Shown in pieces: positions 1-9,162 of a DNA stretch of 64,000 bases. Position 1 is the first letter of the stretch; each line of letters begins with the position of its first letter. The position numbers were made by a program, and so were the translations under genes. Origin of the DNA: a virus; the IMG/VR virus record IMGVR_UViG_3300046167_000883, positions 32,001 through 96,000 of that record; one strand, 5' to 3'. The notes under the pieces are model-generated. The model did not search any database. It was not told the DNA's origin and saw only the letters and a program-made list of their open reading frames with translations.

Positions 1-1
1 A

Positions 2-1573
2 ATAGAGGCTTTTGACTCCCTGCTCCCAAGCAAAGATCATAAGTTGGCTGACCTCTTTTGGGGAAGATTTGGGGTGAACCATAATATTCAAACTTTGCGC
101 CTGATCAATGAACTTTTGACGTTGGGCGGCTTGAATAATTACTTCCTTTTGACTAATTTCACCAAAAGTCTTAAATACATCTTTTTCTTCTTGTGTAAGA
201 AAATCAAGGTGCTGAACTGAACCGCCCTTTACTAGAATACTTTTCCAGGTTGCGGCATCGTTCTTTTCGTGCTTTTCTAGAAGTTTTTCCAAATAGGGGT
301 TTTTGTAGGTAAACTTACCCTTGGCTAAATCTTTTACAAAGTAATTTGAATTAAGTGGCTCAATGCTTGGCGAAACTTGTCCAAGAATAAAGGAACTAGA
401 TGTCGTAGGAGCAATAGCCATCGTAGTGACATTTCGCAAACCGTAACCTTTAAGTAGTTCTGGTTCGCCGTAAACCTTTGCCATTTGTTTTGAAGCATTT
501 TGTGTTTTTTCAAAAATCAATTTATGAATTTCGGAATTTAGTAATTTTGCATCAAAAGATTCGAAGGCGATATTCTTGGATTGCAACAAGGAGTGCCAAC
601 CAAGTACACCGATACCTAAAGCTCTTTGACGCTTTGCAAAATTTGCTGGTGCTTCCATGAAGGGAAGTTTTTTACATTTATCAATAAATTCCGTCATGAC
701 CGCATCTAAGAAGTATGTCAAAATTTCTGGAGCATCTGTATCCTTCCATTCGTCGTAATGAAGCAAGTTCATTGAAGAAAGATTACAAACAAAAGATTCG
801 TCTTGATTTGAATGAAGCGCGATTTCAGAACAAAGATTACTTGCATAAATCTTTAACCCTTTTTCTTGGTAAACAAGGGGAGAGTTGTTGTTCATATTGT
901 CTGAGAAGAAAATGTATGGATAGCCGCTTTCAAAGCGCTTCTTGATGATTGCTGCCCAAATTTTACGCTTTTCTTTGTCTCCAGCTAACATTTCCTTCAT
1001 CCACTCATCTGAGATTGTCACTCCGATTGAGAGATTTTGAATTGTATTGCCATCGCCTCTGATTTTTAAGAATTCCAAAATGTCTGGATGTTCAACTGGC
1101 AAATAAGCCGCAAAGCTGCCACGACGAACGTTGCTTTGAGAAACAACATTAGCCACGGTTTCAAAAATCTCCATAAAATGAACTGGGCCATTTGATTTGC
1201 CGCCGCTAGATATTTCGGCGCCACGCTCTCTGAGTTCACCAAAGTAACCAGATGTACCTCCGCCAGCTTTTGTCATCATTCCAACTTCTGCTGATTTTTT
1301 TAGAATCTCTTCCATCTTATCGGAGATGTAAGAACCAAAACAAGAAATTGGCAGACCTCTCTTCAGTCCAAAGTTTGCCCAAATTGGACTTGATAGGCTA
1401 TACCAGCCCTTGGACATATAATCCTCAAATTTTTCTGCGAATCCAGGAATCCCCAAAATCTCTTGGGCGCTTTCTGCTATTTCGGAGATTCTGCCTTCTG
1501 CTGATTGTCCTTCTTCTAGATAACCTCTTTTGAGGAACAACCTTGAATCTTTGTTTAACCAATAATATTTCAT
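2..1573 (-). CDS. nrdA: ribonucleotide reductase class I alpha subunit (3'-truncated by window edge)
   Basis: Absent from the ORF track because it has no stop in the window. Hand translation from ATG 1573: MKYYWLNKDSRLFLKRGYL...SPIWANFG..RGLPISCF...SNLCSEI...RALGIGVLGWH...MAIAPTTSSS...QKFIDQAQSLN...GVKSLY. Segments checked at both ends and the middle are in one frame. Confidence 0.95.
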   Translation of the reverse strand, partial: MKYYWLNKDSRLFLKRGYLEEGQSAEGRISEIAESAQEILGIPGFAEKFEDYMSKGWYSLSSPIWANFGLKRGLPISCFGSYISDKMEEILKKSAEVGMMTKAGGGTSGYFGELRERGAEISSGGKSNGPVHFMEIFETVANVVSQSNVRRGSFAAYLPVEHPDILEFLKIRGDGNTIQNLSIGVTISDEWMKEMLAGDKEKRKIWAAIIKKRFESGYPYIFFSDNMNNNSPLVYQEKGLKIYASNLCSEIALHSNQDESFVCNLSSMNLLHYDEWKDTDAPEILTYFLDAVMTEFIDKCKKLPFMEAPANFAKRQRALGIGVLGWHSLLQSKNIAFESFDAKLLNSEIHKLIFEKTQNASKQMAKVYGEPELLKGYGLRNVTTMAIAPTTSSSFILGQVSPSIEPLNSNYFVKDLAKGKFTYKNPYLEKLLEKHEKNDAATWKSILVKGGSVQHLDFLTQEEKDVFKTFGEISQKEVIIQAAQRQKFIDQAQSLNIMVHPKSSPKEVSQLMIFAWEQGVKSLY

Positions 1574-2172
1574 TAGAATTTTTTTCCTTTACTTAAATTT
1601 TCTTTTGCCCACAGCGGTTGTAAGTTTTTATAGTTAAAGCATACTAACTGTTCCGAATCTTTTGTCAAGTCAAATAAAGCGCAAGGTTTGACATGGTCAA
1701 TATGCCAACCGTCAACTCCATGGTTTTCCCAAGTCATCCCTTCTTGGAACTGGCTTTCTAGATAAGTTTTCAGTTCTTCAATTGAGCATCCCAATAAATC
1801 CATGATGCTTTGGGCTTTTGAGACTCCGTTCAGGGCTGACCACACCCTGCCTCTCAAACATTCTGCTATTTTTGCTTGAGGATTCGTTTTGCGTCTCATT
1901 CTTTGGTATGCGTGTTTTTTATCTTTATTATTTTGATAATATTCCGCACACTGCCGTAGTCTGGATTCCTTATTCAGATTATACCATTCTCTGTTTTTCT
2001 TTAAAGTTTTGGATTTGTTTTTGGAATAGTGTTTGTCGTAAAGACTCTTTTGACAAGACTTACAACGGTACGAAAGGCCGTCCTTTCGAGACTTGTCTTT
2101 GCTAAAGTTCTCGATAGGTAGGGTCTTTCCGCACTTATTGCAATCCTTTCTAGAACAAGTCATCTTCGTCAA
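1573..2172 (-). CDS. free-standing HNH homing endonuclease with N-terminal Cys-rich domain
   Basis: CNKC...CKSC N-terminus; C-terminal GMTWENHG..WHIDHVKPC...NYKNLQPLWAKENLSK HNH motif; overlaps the nrdB 3' end and the nrdA ATG. Confidence 0.85.
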   Translation of the reverse strand: MTKMTCSRKDCNKCGKTLPIENFSKDKSRKDGLSYRCKSCQKSLYDKHYSKNKSKTLKKNREWYNLNKESRLRQCAEYYQNNKDKKHAYQRMRRKTNPQAKIAECLRGRVWSALNGVSKAQSIMDLLGCSIEELKTYLESQFQEGMTWENHGVDGWHIDHVKPCALFDLTKDSEQLVCFNYKNLQPLWAKENLSKGKKF

Positions 2173-3121
2173 AACTCCTGTCCTTTTTGGAATATTCTAC
2201 AGGACGTTTAAAAAAGAAGTCTGTAGAACTATTCCCCAAAACGTCTTCCGAAAACCAAATTGTTTGTTCTATGACTTCCTTGTCAACACTAAAAACAGGA
2301 TCAATTCCGATTTCTTTTAGTGACTCGTTTAGCCTATTTTTAATAAATTCTTTTAGAGTATCCGCGCTGATGTTTTCTTTTTTGTAGTCGCCCAAAATCC
2401 AATCGATAATTTTAGATTCAGCTTCAAATGCGCAGTGAGCCTCTTCCTTTAATCGGGAAATTAAATCGTCATCAAACAGGTCTGGGTATTCTTCTCTGAG
2501 AATATTTACAATTTTTGTTCCAACCTTTGCGTGAATATCTTCTTCTCTACTTGTATATGCGACTTGTTGTGCGGTATCTTTTAGTAGATTCTCGTATCGA
2601 TTAAACCAGTTAATGATGTAAAATTGACTAAACAGTGAAACGTTTTCGACGAACAATGTAAACAAAATAAGTGAATATACATATTGCTTTTTTTCATCCT
2701 TGTAACATTTGTTTAAGTATTTGCGAAGATAGTCAACACGACCCTTGATGATATCAAGTTTCAAATTTTCTTCGAACACATCCTCAAGTCCAAGTACGCT
2801 CAAAAGTCTCTCATAAGCGTTATTATGAATCACCTCAATGTTTGCCATAACGTAACCAAGATCGGTTATTCCAGGATGCGGCAAATGGTTGCCTAAGTTT
2901 GCCCAAAACTTCTTTACAGAAACCTCAACTTGACCAATCGCAGATAGTGTCCTTTTTACAATTTCTCTCTCTTGATCGTTGAGGTTTACCTTAAAATCTT
3001 GGACGTCTGATTGAAAGTTAAATTCCTTGTCCGTCCAGAACCCATTATGCATGGCGTTTACGAAATCCTCTGTCCACGGGTAGAGGTTTGGCTTCCTTGA
3101 TATCTGTTCTTCAAATAACAT
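2150..3121 (-). CDS. nrdB: ribonucleotide reductase class I beta subunit
   Basis: FWTDKEF, EVIHNNAY, ENVSLFSQF, SREEDIH, DFFFKRPVEYSK. Start moved to ATG 3121 (MLFEEQ), 10 nt after a GTGTAA promoter motif; 3127 is an alternative. Confidence 0.95.
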   Translation of the reverse strand: MLFEEQISRKPNLYPWTEDFVNAMHNGFWTDKEFNFQSDVQDFKVNLNDQEREIVKRTLSAIGQVEVSVKKFWANLGNHLPHPGITDLGYVMANIEVIHNNAYERLLSVLGLEDVFEENLKLDIIKGRVDYLRKYLNKCYKDEKKQYVYSLILFTLFVENVSLFSQFYIINWFNRYENLLKDTAQQVAYTSREEDIHAKVGTKIVNILREEYPDLFDDDLISRLKEEAHCAFEAESKIIDWILGDYKKENISADTLKEFIKNRLNESLKEIGIDPVFSVDKEVIEQTIWFSEDVLGNSSTDFFFKRPVEYSKKDRSFDEDDLF

Positions 3122-3375
3122 ACCCATAAATTTACACCGCACCAAAACAAAGTCAATTATTTTCAGCAAAAAGTTAAAAAAAGTTTTTTTGGCTTGACTT
3201 TTCGTGTATTCGGTTTAATATGGAGTAAATTACGAGTGAACGAACAGGGTGAGTGAACGAGTAATTATATAATAATATATATAAATTATTTATAAGATAC
3301 TTTATAAAATATATATAAGAAATAAGGCAAAAATTTGCCTTGACTTGTTATTATATTTAATCAATAATATAAGAG

Positions 3376-3666
3376 ATGATTAAATTAGATAGCTCTAAAG
3401 AAAACTTCTACTTTTGTACGACGGCAGATTGGTCTGTTATGATTCAAGCAAAAGATGAAGCTAAGGCAGCAAATGAAGCAATAAAGTACGGATTGGATGT
3501 TCTTAAAGAAGATGCGATTGTTTCTCCTTGCTTGAGAGTAAAAAAAATTGAAGAAGATTTTGAAGATTCGGATATTCTTTTTAGAATAGATAAAATATTT
3601 GCGGACATTGGAATGTACAAAGAATCTAGGGCGATGTCTGAGTTAATGAAAAATTTAAAATCATGA
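3376..3666 (+). CDS. hypothetical protein
   Basis: 96-aa ORF; first gene after TTGACT-N17-AATAAT (3340-3368); coupled to the next gene by ATGA. Confidence 0.7.
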   Translation: MIKLDSSKENFYFCTTADWSVMIQAKDEAKAANEAIKYGLDVLKEDAIVSPCLRVKKIEEDFEDSDILFRIDKIFADIGMYKESRAMSELMKNLKS

Positions 3667-4247
3667 TTGGAATAGGCGGATTAGCAAGATCAGGAAAAGA
3701 TACCTTGGCCAAAAATTTGGCTGAAGTTATCGAAAAGGATTTGGGGCGCAAAGTTAAGATATTTTCTTTTGCTTACCCTTTAAGGTGTCAGATTGAGAGT
3801 TTTTTACAACAGTTTTACCATTTGTCTGCGTTTACTGAAGATGAGGAAGAAAAAAAGATTATTAGACCTCTTCTTGTTGCTCACGGAGAACAAATGAAAC
3901 AAAAATTTGGAAAAGATATTTGGCTTAAACAATTATTGGGTGAGATTTATGAAGACTTAAGGTATGAGGAATTTTTCCCCATCATTTCTGATGTAAGATT
4001 TGATTTTGAAGCAAAAAGCTTAAAAGAAGAGGGGTGTCAAATTATTCACATAACAAAGTTAGGTAATGAGCCGCCAAACGAAATAGAGGCTAAAAACGAC
4101 CCGCTTTTAAGAAATATTTCCGATTTAACGCACACTTGGCCAGCCTACGAGCCAGACCAAATGCACCAATGTATGGATCACGCACAAATTTTGTGGCAAA
4201 TGTTAAAAGAAACTCACGGCGAAACATGGAAGAAGATATATTCTTAA
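3663..4247 (+). CDS. deoxynucleoside monophosphate kinase
   Basis: GIGGLARSGKDT P-loop, FSFAYPLR, ISDVRF: phage dNMP kinase pattern. Confidence 0.8.
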   Translation: MIGIGGLARSGKDTLAKNLAEVIEKDLGRKVKIFSFAYPLRCQIESFLQQFYHLSAFTEDEEEKKIIRPLLVAHGEQMKQKFGKDIWLKQLLGEIYEDLRYEEFFPIISDVRFDFEAKSLKEEGCQIIHITKLGNEPPNEIEAKNDPLLRNISDLTHTWPAYEPDQMHQCMDHAQILWQMLKETHGETWKKIYS

Positions 4248-4783
4248 TAAATAGGGTAAAAAAATATGGCGACGCTGATTCCGTAAAAGAGTTGATAAAC
4301 AGACACTCTGGCATCTATGTAGAAATGGTTAATAAATATCTTCCAGAATCAATGGAAGGTGTTAACAAAGATGACGTTTTGCAGGATAAGGATTTTTGCA
4401 TATACGATGCAGCTATTAAATTTGATCAAACAAAAAATACAAAGTTCAGTACCTACATAGGAAATCTAGCCCGATGGAAATGTTTAAATATTTATAACAA
4501 AAATATTAAATTCCCACAATCGTCTATTTCTGAGATTTTTAACGACAGTGTTTCGTGTGATGCTGGCATAGAGGAACTAGAAAAACAGGAAGAAATCAAA
4601 CGAATCTTTTCTGCTATAGAAAAAATCCCAGACAAAAGAGTGAAGCGAATATTTAAAATGCGCTACAAAGGTGGCAAAAAATTAACTCCTTGGAAAAAAA
4701 TTGCAAAAAAGCTTGACTTATCAATACAAGGATGTATAAATATTCACAATAAACATTTAACAGAGATAAAAAAATATGTATAG
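4226..4783 (+). CDS. phage RNA polymerase sigma factor (sigma70 family)
   Basis: Real start probably ATG 4226 (MEEDIFL); region 2-like AAIKFDQTKNTKFSTY; region 4 HTH WKKIAKKLDLSIQGCINIH. Confidence 0.8.
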   Translation: MEEDIFLINRVKKYGDADSVKELINRHSGIYVEMVNKYLPESMEGVNKDDVLQDKDFCIYDAAIKFDQTKNTKFSTYIGNLARWKCLNIYNKNIKFPQSSISEIFNDSVSCDAGIEELEKQEEIKRIFSAIEKIPDKRVKRIFKMRYKGGKKLTPWKKIAKKLDLSIQGCINIHNKHLTEIKKYV

Positions 4784-5138
4784 TAAAACAGTAATCGTAG
4801 GGAATCTCGCACGAGATCCAGAATCACGCAAGGCTGGCGAATCAAATGTAACTCGCCTTGTTTTAGCAGTAAACGACCCACGTCAAAAGGATAAGGTTTC
4901 TTATATTGATGTTGAGGCGTGGAGTAAGCTTGGAGATATTTGTCAACAATATCTAAGCAAGGGACGACAAGTTCTTGCAGAGGGCCGACTAGTCCAAGAC
5001 ACTTGGGAAAAGGATGGCAAGAAGCAATCAAAGCTTTATGTCAAGGCTGACAATGTTCAATTTCTTGGAGGCAAGGGAGAAAAGACAGAAGGCTCTGCCC
5101 CAGCACCAGCAGGAACTGACGAAGATATTCCCTTCTAA
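4776..5138 (+). CDS. ssb: single-stranded DNA-binding protein
   Basis: VIVGNLARDPE, YLSKGRQVLAEGRL, acidic tail ending DEDIPF. Confidence 0.95.
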   Translation: MYSKTVIVGNLARDPESRKAGESNVTRLVLAVNDPRQKDKVSYIDVEAWSKLGDICQQYLSKGRQVLAEGRLVQDTWEKDGKKQSKLYVKADNVQFLGGKGEKTEGSAPAPAGTDEDIPF

Positions 5139-6226
5139 TGGATTTAATCGTAGAGTCTCCTCTTAATTCTCTCTCGTTTGGGAATGTATCATATAACATC
5201 CTCCGCCAACTTTGGCGGAAGGGTGTCAATGTGATGTTGTATCCAATAAGCAATAATGTAAATTTAAGTGCTTACGATAAAATTGACAAAGAGTTTGCGG
5301 GTTGGCTTGAAGAATCAATTCAAAATGCAAATTCAAAAATCAAATCAGACATTCCTTCCCTTAAGCTCTGGCACTTAAATGGTTCTCAAAGTCGCGTTGG
5401 TTCCAAGCAGGTTTTATATACTTTCTATGAACTTGACCAACCAACCAAAGACGAAATCAATCTTGCAAAATTTCAGGATAAGATTTATTTTTCTAGCTCT
5501 TATTCTGCAAATAAGTTTAAAGATCTTGGCGTGGATGCTGGTGTTGTTCCTGTCGGTTTCGATGAAGACTTCGAAAAAACTGGCAAAGAATACCTAAACC
5601 CCTATGTTATCCACTTTGGATTGATGGGCAAGTTTGAAAAGCGCAAACATACAGAAAAGATAATCAAATTGTGGTTAGCTAAGTACGGCAACAATAATCG
5701 ATATCAACTAAGTGTTTGTGTGACAAATCCATTCTTCAAAGAAGATGAGATGAAATCTATTCTTGTTAATTGTTTGGAAGGTAAGCGTTATACCAATATA
5801 AACTTCCTACCGTATTTAAAAACAAATTCAGAAGTTAATGATTTTATGAATGCTATTGATATTGACTTAACTGGATTAAGTGGCGCAGAGGGTTGGAATC
5901 TTCCAGCGTTCAATGCTACCTGCCTCGGTAAGTGGTCAATTGTTTTAAATGCAACATCTCATAAAGATTGGGCAAATAAGTCTAATTCAATCCTTATTGA
6001 ACCAAACGGTACTGAACCTTGCTACGATGGAAAATTCTTCCAAGAAGGAACTCCATTTAATCAAGGAAATATCTTCACTTGGGACAGTGACGTTGTGTCA
6101 CAAGCTATGGATGAAGCTGTCTCAAAAAAGGGACAAAATAACACTGAAGGAGAGAAGTTGAAAGACGAATTTTCTTACAGTAAGGCTGTAGACCGCTTAC
6201 TTAAAGGGATTGAAGAGGTTGCGTAA
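5138..6226 (+). CDS. glycosyltransferase (GT-B / GT4-like)
   Basis: GKFEKRK and SGAEGWNLPAF (E-G-W/F-x-L-P nucleotide-sugar motif). Confidence 0.75.
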   Translation: MDLIVESPLNSLSFGNVSYNILRQLWRKGVNVMLYPISNNVNLSAYDKIDKEFAGWLEESIQNANSKIKSDIPSLKLWHLNGSQSRVGSKQVLYTFYELDQPTKDEINLAKFQDKIYFSSSYSANKFKDLGVDAGVVPVGFDEDFEKTGKEYLNPYVIHFGLMGKFEKRKHTEKIIKLWLAKYGNNNRYQLSVCVTNPFFKEDEMKSILVNCLEGKRYTNINFLPYLKTNSEVNDFMNAIDIDLTGLSGAEGWNLPAFNATCLGKWSIVLNATSHKDWANKSNSILIEPNGTEPCYDGKFFQEGTPFNQGNIFTWDSDVVSQAMDEAVSKKGQNNTEGEKLKDEFSYSKAVDRLLKGIEEVA

Positions 6227-6228
6227 AA

Positions 6229-6245
6229 TTGGCACACGCTTTGCA
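6229..6245 (+). promoter_or_regulatory. sigma54 (-24/-12) promoter upstream of Hsp20
   Basis: TTGGCAC-ACGCT-TTGCA matches TGGCAC-N5-TTGCW exactly; predicted start ~6256, ATG at 6259. Confidence 0.75.
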
Positions 6246-6258
6246 AATATAAAAGCCT

Positions 6259-6624
6259 ATGTATACAAATTTACTAGATCAAATTGAAAACGCCTTTTAT
6301 GAAGGCTATAGCGATAATACTTTCCGCAAACACGGCAAGGGTTATGTTGGACCATTGAACATCAAAGAAGAAAACGATTACTTCCTTGTTAATAAGGTTA
6401 TTGTTGGATTCTCGTCCGAAGAGGTTACTGCGAATATTCGCAAGAGCATCTTAAAGGTTTTTGTTAATAATGAAAAGGGTAAATCAACTGATATCGCATC
6501 ACTTAGGATTGATCCCGATTATGTAGATGTTTCTAAAATTTCGTCAAAGCTCAAAAACGGAATCTTAGAAATCAAAATCCCTAAAGCAGAAAACTCTAAA
6601 ACGGTTCAAATCTCTGTAGATTAA
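6259..6624 (+). CDS. small heat shock protein (Hsp20/alpha-crystallin)
   Basis: VDVSKISSKLKNGILEIKIPK C-terminal alpha-crystallin motif and V-x-I tail. Confidence 0.85.
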   Translation: MYTNLLDQIENAFYEGYSDNTFRKHGKGYVGPLNIKEENDYFLVNKVIVGFSSEEVTANIRKSILKVFVNNEKGKSTDIASLRIDPDYVDVSKISSKLKNGILEIKIPKAENSKTVQISVD

Positions 6625-6628
6625 AACT

Positions 6629-6661
6629 AAGCCCCCGATTGAAAAAGTCGGGGGTTTTTTT
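6629..6661 (+). terminator. rho-independent terminator
   Basis: GCCCCCGATT-GAAA-AGTCGGGGGT followed by a T-run. Confidence 0.85.
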
Positions 6662-6671
6662 ATAATTAGTC

Positions 6672-7082
6672 ATGCCCCTGTACATTTACGAAAATAAAAA
6701 AACTGGAGAAGTTGTAGAGGTCCTGCAAAGTATGAATGATGCTCATGAGTACCATGGCGAGGACGGAACAGAGAAAGGCCTCTGGAGGCGTGTTTTTGTT
6801 AATCCTGGCATATCTTCAGATACCCAAGTAGATGCTTTTGATAGTCACAGCTTCGCAAATTCTGTATCAAAGAAAAATGATAGCTATGGAGATCTTTTTG
6901 AGCGAAGCGCTGAAGCTTCAGAAAAACGAGCGCAACGACATGGGAAAGACCCAGTCAAAGAAAAATACTACGCCGATTACAATAAAAAAACAAACGGCAA
7001 ACTACACCCGCAACAACAAAAAGAAAGATTTAACAAAGCGGTAGAAAAAGCAGATAAAGCTGGTATTAAGATTGAACTTTAA
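6672..7082 (+). CDS. FmdB-like N-terminal motif protein (Cys-less)
   Basis: MPLYIYENKKTGEVVEVLQSM resembles the MPxYxY zinc-ribbon start but has no cysteines. Confidence 0.55.
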   Translation: MPLYIYENKKTGEVVEVLQSMNDAHEYHGEDGTEKGLWRRVFVNPGISSDTQVDAFDSHSFANSVSKKNDSYGDLFERSAEASEKRAQRHGKDPVKEKYYADYNKKTNGKLHPQQQKERFNKAVEKADKAGIKIEL

Positions 7083-7089
7083 GAAAGGG

Positions 7090-9162
7090 TTATTGCGTGA
7101 ATGTTACGTTCTGCAAATCGAAACTAAAACCCAAATCAGCAACGATATCCGATCCAATTGCGGAATTATGGTTTTGCGAAATTAATTTTGCGTCGCTGAT
7201 TTGAAAATTAAAATCGTTTTCGCCATTGTCTTGGCTACTTATAGTCAAAGTGTAGCTCTCGTCAGAATTTAAAAAATCTTTTAAATTTGCTCTATCGCCG
7301 TTCACTTCAAAATTTGATACACGGTTAGAAAAATTAAATGTACTCTCAATAGGGAACAAAGCTTTTCTCGCTACAGGATGTTTCTTTCCTAAGCTGTATA
7401 TTGTTTTTCTGTTGATTGGCAGGTTCAAATCAAAGTTTTGAATAGAATCAGACTTAATTAAAAAATTGCCCACAGAATTACTTCCACTGATCGTTATATC
7501 AGTAGAGTAATGTGGCACAACCCTATCGGAGCTATTAGAATAGTATTCACCCACTCCAGATATGCTGGTAGTTAAATTTTGTGTTTGCGCCCCCGTTAAA
7601 TCAATAGACGGAACACTTACACCAGTATACAATAAACTATTAAAACCTACATCATGCGGATTAACTTCTTCGGCCTGAACATTGCTTGCAGTAAAAGAAT
7701 ACTGAGACTGCATCAAACCGTTAACAGATTGAGAAATAGAAATATTATTTAAAAAACAATTACCAAAAGATAAAAATTGCCCAAAAGATGTTTGGTTTTC
7801 TGGAAGATGCTCATCATTCCAACCGATCAAAATTTCTTCATCATAATCGTCATCATTTATGAAAAAGGCTACAGGTTTTGTAGATTCCATTTTCCACAAC
7901 CGTACACCAATTAGTGGATCAAAATCATAATTGGCCGCTGGGTTGGTTTTTGTTCCATCCAGATTAAACCCACTCCATAACTGCCAAGAAGAACTGTTAT
8001 AATATGAAATATTTACATCGGTATCTGGATACGGAGCAACTACAGTCCAATTTGGCGTGTCGGCGCCAATAGAACTTGACTCTGAAGATGCAAATGCTTG
8101 ATATTTTGTTAATTTATTGTAGCCAATATGCCCAGCAGCATCATTTCCCAAATTATCACCTATATCATTCGCAAAAGCTCCAGATGGATCATAAACATGG
8201 TAATTTGAAACTGTTTGGGGCGCACTATTTAATACATTAAATTCGTAATTATTTTTACGCTTATATACATCCGTTTCTACAGGTGCTAACAATAACTTAT
8301 CATCACTACCTTTTTTGGAACATAATATATTTTTAGTTGAATCAATAATTATTGTTGCTGTTGTTGTTGAATCTTCAAAAACGTAAGTTTCTCCAGCATT
8401 TAAAGAAGCCGAATAAGTTGCCGTCCCATTTATTCCATTAGTTACGTTTACATAAACATTCACATCAGTGTTATCTTCTAAAGATAATACTGAAATTCTG
8501 TTTGGCGCAAATCTGTTTGTGTGAAAACCAAACTGTTTTCCTGCCAGATAAAAAGGAATCAACGAGTTGTTATACCCCTCTCCGTGCCAATGTGTTGGCT
8601 TATCTCCATAGTAAACTTTTCCAGAGGTTACAGCTATTTCCACTCCAGTTGGTTCTGTATAAGTGTTTAAAACAGTTCTATTTGATCCATCAAAATCTTC
8701 TTCATATAAAGTGGTTCCAGAGTAAGGAACTGCCACATCCGTATTAGCAGAACTTAATGATTCAACACAATAATACCTAACATCATTAGCTGACCGATCT
8801 TTCCTTGCATCAACCCCTCTTTCTGGAGCAATATAAGCATAAAAATTTCTATCAATATTTAAATCATCTCTCGTATTCGCGCCACTAACCAAACCAGAAA
8901 ACAAATTACCAAAATCTTCAAAAATATTAATAGTGAAGTTCACATCTGGCGCATTTCTATTTGACTGATCAATAAAATTTTTAGCTCCTAATGCACCAAC
9001 ATTTGTTCTTGGAATATCTACGGAAAAATCAATCCCTTGAACAAGCGGTAGAAAAGATAAATTCTTAGCGCTGTTTGATCCAGTATCATGCGCTGGCGTC
9101 TGGCTTTGAAAAAGCGCGACATTTTCATAAGTAATTATTGGTCTGTCTGGATTAATTGCCAT
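7090..9162 (-). CDS. tail-tube-like minor tail protein with inserted beta-rich (IgGFc-binding-like) domain
   Basis: VQGIDFSVDIPRTNVGALG and IQNFDLNLPINRKTIYSLG..PVARK align by eye with the major tail protein; central insert SLEDNTDVNV...LNAGETYV...IDSTKNI. Confidence 0.6.
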   Translation of the reverse strand: MAINPDRPIITYENVALFQSQTPAHDTGSNSAKNLSFLPLVQGIDFSVDIPRTNVGALGAKNFIDQSNRNAPDVNFTINIFEDFGNLFSGLVSGANTRDDLNIDRNFYAYIAPERGVDARKDRSANDVRYYCVESLSSANTDVAVPYSGTTLYEEDFDGSNRTVLNTYTEPTGVEIAVTSGKVYYGDKPTHWHGEGYNNSLIPFYLAGKQFGFHTNRFAPNRISVLSLEDNTDVNVYVNVTNGINGTATYSASLNAGETYVFEDSTTTATIIIDSTKNILCSKKGSDDKLLLAPVETDVYKRKNNYEFNVLNSAPQTVSNYHVYDPSGAFANDIGDNLGNDAAGHIGYNKLTKYQAFASSESSSIGADTPNWTVVAPYPDTDVNISYYNSSSWQLWSGFNLDGTKTNPAANYDFDPLIGVRLWKMESTKPVAFFINDDDYDEEILIGWNDEHLPENQTSFGQFLSFGNCFLNNISISQSVNGLMQSQYSFTASNVQAEEVNPHDVGFNSLLYTGVSVPSIDLTGAQTQNLTTSISGVGEYYSNSSDRVVPHYSTDITISGSNSVGNFLIKSDSIQNFDLNLPINRKTIYSLGKKHPVARKALFPIESTFNFSNRVSNFEVNGDRANLKDFLNSDESYTLTISSQDNGENDFNFQISDAKLISQNHNSAIGSDIVADLGFSFDLQNVTFTQ

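Noticed and set aside
1573-2172. Group I intron or intein in the nrd genes
   Set aside because: nrdA and nrdB read as uninterrupted and the HNH lies between them.
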